From: a bacterium
Lineage (GTDB): Bacteria; Krumholzibacteriota; Krumholzibacteriia; LZORAL124-64-63
Assembly (NCBI GenBank): GCA_031441465.1
Contig: JANOEP010000034.1
Coordinates: 1 to 22,463 of the forward strand
Reading direction: 5' to 3'
DNA length: 22,463 nucleotides
In this document: piece after piece, positions 19,285 to 22,463 of the stretch
Layout: every line of letters begins with the position of its first letter
Numbering within the stretch: position 1 is the first letter of the stretch
Translations under genes and position numbers: made by a program
Notes under the pieces: generated by a model
Database searches by the model: none
What the model was told of the DNA's origin: nothing
What the model saw: the letters and a program-made list of their open reading frames with translations, nothing else

Positions 19285-20261
19285 TGGACGGAGTGACGGA
19301 CGGAGCGAAGGACGATGTGACGCACGCGGTGGAGCACGTTTCGATCGTCGTGCTGACCTACCGGCGCCGCGAGGCCGTGCTGACCCTGCTGGACGGGCTG
19401 ACCCGGCTGCGGGACGCGGACCACGAAGTCATCGTGGTCGACAACGGCAGCGGCGACGGCGCCGCCGAGGCGGTCCGCGCGGCCCACCCCGACGTCCGGC
19501 TGATCGTCCTGCCGCAGAACACGGGGGTCGGTGCGCGCAACCGCGGGATCGAGGCGTCCCGCGGCGACATCGTGGTCACGCTCGACGACGACATGGTCGA
19601 ATTCGGCGACGCCGACCTCGCGTACCTGCGCGCCGCGTTCACGGCGCAGCCCCGCCTCGGCGCGCTCTGCTTCAAGGTGACCTGGCCGGGCACCGACCGC
19701 GTGCGCGACTGGGTGCACCACCGCCCCGTCACCGACGCCGACCTGACCTTCCCGACCTACGAGGTCACCGAGGGAGCCGTGGCTTGGCGGCGGGACGCGC
19801 TGCGGGAGGCCGGCCCCTACCGTGAGGATTTCTTCATCAGCCACGAAGGGCTCGACCTCGCCTACCGCCTGCTGGACTGCGGCTGGGAGATCGCCTACGA
19901 CGGCGGCGTCCAGGTGGGCCACGCCCACCGCGCCGCCGGCCGGCCCGGCTGGCAGCGCTACTATTACGACACGCGCAACCTGATCTGGATCGCCGTCCTG
20001 CACCAGCCCGCCGGCTACGCGGCCGGCTACCTGGCTCGGGGCCTCGGCGCGATGCTGGTGTACAGCCTGCGCGACGGCCACCTGCCGGCCTGGCTGCGGG
20101 CGGTCCGCGACGGGCTGCGGCGGGTGCCCGAGCTGACGAAGGAACGGCGGATCTGGTCGGCGCGGACCACGTCCTTCATCGCCGCCGTGGACGCGCACCG
20201 CCTGGGCTTCTGGGCCCTGGCGCGACGCCGGTGGAGACAAAAAGGCTTCAGCCTCGAATGA
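19281..20261 (+). CDS. Glycosyltransferase family 2
   Basis: Motifs SIVVLTYRR, VIVVDNGSGDG, ARNRG, TLDDD, HEGLDLAYR, YYYDTRN. Overlaps the upstream stop (GTGATG); the exact start is uncertain. Confidence 0.88.
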   Translation: MMDGVTDGAKDDVTHAVEHVSIVVLTYRRREAVLTLLDGLTRLRDADHEVIVVDNGSGDGAAEAVRAAHPDVRLIVLPQNTGVGARNRGIEASRGDIVVTLDDDMVEFGDADLAYLRAAFTAQPRLGALCFKVTWPGTDRVRDWVHHRPVTDADLTFPTYEVTEGAVAWRRDALREAGPYREDFFISHEGLDLAYRLLDCGWEIAYDGGVQVGHAHRAAGRPGWQRYYYDTRNLIWIAVLHQPAGYAAGYLARGLGAMLVYSLRDGHLPAWLRAVRDGLRRVPELTKERRIWSARTTSFIAAVDAHRLGFWALARRRWRQKGFSLE

Positions 20262-20341
20262 GGCGACCGATACCAACGCCGTGACCAGCCGGTCCGTCCG
20301 GCGCGTCGAGGGACCCGGAAGCTGACGGGAGAAGTCGGACT

Positions 20342-21409
20342 GTGACCTCTGTGAGCGACAAACGGCCGGAACTGACTGTGGTCATGCCGATCCGCAACGA
20401 GGCGGCTCAGATCGGGTCCGTCCTGGATCAGCTGCACGAACAGTCGCTGCCACCGGAGCGCTTCGAGATCCTGGTCGTCGACGGCATGAGCGAGGACGGC
20501 ACCCGCGAGATCGTCCAGGCCGCGATGAACCTGCATCCCGGGATCCGGCTGTTCGACAACCCGCGCGGCCTGTCGGGCATCGCCCGCAACATCGGCGTGC
20601 GCAACGCCACCTCCCCTTACATCCTGTTCGTAGACGGGCACTGCCGCCTCGAGAGCCGCGAGATGCTGGCGACCGCGCTGGCCGCCTTCCAGCGCGGCGA
20701 GCGCTGCCTGTCCCGCCCTCAGCCCCTGATCAACGCCGGCGGCCCCCTCTTCCGGACCGCGGCCTCCCTGGCGCGGGGCTCGGTCCTCGGCCACTACGCC
20801 GGCTCGGAGATCTACCAGGCGGCGGACCACCACTGCAACCCACTGAGCGCAGGCTGCGGCTACACCCGCGATCTCTACCTGGAAATCGGCGGCGTGGACG
20901 AGAGTTTCGACGCCGGGGAAGATCTCGAATTCAATCTGCGCGTCCACCATCTCGGCGTGAAGGCCCTGCACTGCCAGGACCTCGCCGTGGCCTATCTGGC
21001 GCGGCCGACCTGGCGCGATCTGTTCCGCCAGCTCTACCGTTACGGCCACGGGCGCGCCCGCATGGCGCGCAAGCATCCCGGCTCCTTCTCCCCCCTGGCC
21101 GCAACCGTGTCCCTGCTGAGCCTGTGGCTGATGGTCCTGCCCGTGTTGGGCGCGGCCTGGCGACCGGCCTGGCAATTGTGGCTGGCCACGGCCTTGCCCT
21201 ACGCCGCCGTGATCGTCGTGACGGCGGCCTGGCTGGCCCGCGGGCAGGGCGGCCGGCTGTGGATCGCGACGGCCGCCTGCTTCCCGGCGATCCACTTCGG
21301 CGCCGGCATCGGCTATTTTTCGGGACTGATCGGCGGTCCCACCTGGCGGCACGCTCCGGTCCGACAGCGGACCGCCTGCGCGCCATCCTCACCCACGCGG
21401 CGTCGCTGA
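20342..21409 (+). CDS. Glycosyltransferase family 2, ExoA-like, with C-terminal membrane helices
   Basis: Motifs VVMPIRNE, VVDGMSEDGT, ARNIG, FVDGHC, GEDLEFNLR, RQLYRYG; hydrophobic C-terminus. The start is uncertain by a few codons. Confidence 0.87.
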   Translation: MTSVSDKRPELTVVMPIRNEAAQIGSVLDQLHEQSLPPERFEILVVDGMSEDGTREIVQAAMNLHPGIRLFDNPRGLSGIARNIGVRNATSPYILFVDGHCRLESREMLATALAAFQRGERCLSRPQPLINAGGPLFRTAASLARGSVLGHYAGSEIYQAADHHCNPLSAGCGYTRDLYLEIGGVDESFDAGEDLEFNLRVHHLGVKALHCQDLAVAYLARPTWRDLFRQLYRYGHGRARMARKHPGSFSPLAATVSLLSLWLMVLPVLGAAWRPAWQLWLATALPYAAVIVVTAAWLARGQGGRLWIATAACFPAIHFGAGIGYFSGLIGGPTWRHAPVRQRTACAPSSPTRRR

Positions 21410-21416
21410 CACCCGT

Positions 21417-22463
21417 TCAAACCCGAGAACGCCAGATCCGGTGCGCAGCGATGAGATCGTCGACGACGCCCGGCTCGGCCAGCGTCGTCGTGTCCCCCAT
21501 GCCGTCGTACTCGCCAGCGGCGATGCGCCGCAGGATGCGCCGCATGATCTTGCCGCTGCGGGTCTTCGGCAGACCCGGCACCACGAGGATCGCGTCCGGG
21601 CTCGCGATCGGCCCGATCACGTGCCGCACCTGCTCCTTGAGCACGCCAACCAGTTCGTGCGGCTCCATCTCCTCGCCCTCGGCGTTGACCAGCACGTAGG
21701 CGAAGATGCCCTGCCCCTTGATCTCGTGCGGGTAGCCCACGACCGCGGCTTCGGCGACCACCGCGTGCGCGACCAGGGCGCTCTCGACCTCGGCGGTGCC
21801 GAGGCGGTGGCCGCTGACGTTGATGACGTCGTCGACACGACCGGTGATCCAGTAGTAGCCGTCCTCATCGCGGCGGCAGCCGTCGCCGGTGAAGTATTGG
21901 CCGCGATAGGCAGAGAAGTAGGTCTGCACGAACCGCTCATGATCGCGATAAATCGTACGCGCCTGACCGGGCCAACTATCGAGAATGACCAGATTGCCTT
22001 GGCCGGCGCCTTCGATCACCACGCCCTTGTCGTCGACCAATTCGGGCTGCACGCCAAAGAACGGCCGTGTCGCCGAGCCCGGCTTGAGTGCGGTCGCGCC
22101 GGGCAGCGGCGTGATGAGAATGCCGCCGGTTTCCGTCTGCCACCAGGTATCGACGATCGGGCAGCGGCCGTCGCCGACCACTCGATGATACCATTCCCAC
22201 GCCTCCGGGTTGATCGGCTCGCCGACCGATCCCAGAAGCCGGAGCGACGACCGGTCGGTACGTTTGACGAAATCGTCGCCCAATCCCATCAGGGCGCGTA
22301 TGGCGGTTGGCGCTGTGTAGAAAATGTTGACGTCCCACTTGTCGACCACGTGCCAGAACCGTGAAGCCGTCGGATAATTCGGGATGCCTTCGAACATCAG
22401 CGTCGTGCCGCCATTCGCGAGCGGCCCGTAGATGATGTAGCTGTGGCCCGTGACCCAGCCGAC
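21417..22463 (-). CDS. acs: Acetyl-CoA synthetase, 3' part (5' end outside the window)
   Basis: Frame is open to the right edge ([15 protein letters not shown]). Motifs [61 protein letters not shown]. Confidence 0.96.
   Translation of the reverse strand, partial: VGWVTGHSYIIYGPLANGGTTLMFEGIPNYPTASRFWHVVDKWDVNIFYTAPTAIRALMGLGDDFVKRTDRSSLRLLGSVGEPINPEAWEWYHRVVGDGRCPIVDTWWQTETGGILITPLPGATALKPGSATRPFFGVQPELVDDKGVVIEGAGQGNLVILDSWPGQARTIYRDHERFVQTYFSAYRGQYFTGDGCRRDEDGYYWITGRVDDVINVSGHRLGTAEVESALVAHAVVAEAAVVGYPHEIKGQGIFAYVLVNAEGEEMEPHELVGVLKEQVRHVIGPIASPDAILVVPGLPKTRSGKIMRRILRRIAAGEYDGMGDTTTLAEPGVVDDLIAAHRIWRSRV

Overview
GC-rich bacterial DNA, almost fully coding. The left two-thirds is a glutamate/lysine locus. 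It starts with a truncated NADP-type gdhA (minus strand, runs off the left edge) and a divergently transcribed metallophosphoesterase. Converging on these is a ~13.5 kb seven-gene minus-strand operon: lysine-ketoglutarate reductase, saccharopine dehydrogenase, ALDH7-type aminoadipate-semialdehyde dehydrogenase, then three paralogous PPDK_N (ATP-grasp) proteins surrounding a second GDH homologue whose catalytic lysine is replaced by Glu (GGSEGG). The three paralogues lack the pyruvate-binding barrel and share a His-containing S-x-G-[TS]-H-F-F domain. One carries receiver domains and another carries a GAF-like domain plus a Pol-beta-type nucleotidyltransferase domain. My best candidate for an undescribed system is a signalling/covalent-modification module coupled to GDH; this function is inferred, not shown. 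The right third holds PepSY-TM and DUF4920-like genes, a Fes-like esterase, a family-5 uracil-DNA glycosylase, a polysaccharide deacetylase, two GT2 enzymes and a partial acs gene with an abrupt codon-usage break. No RNA genes, CRISPR arrays or mobile elements were recognised. All family calls come from motif recognition, not database searches.
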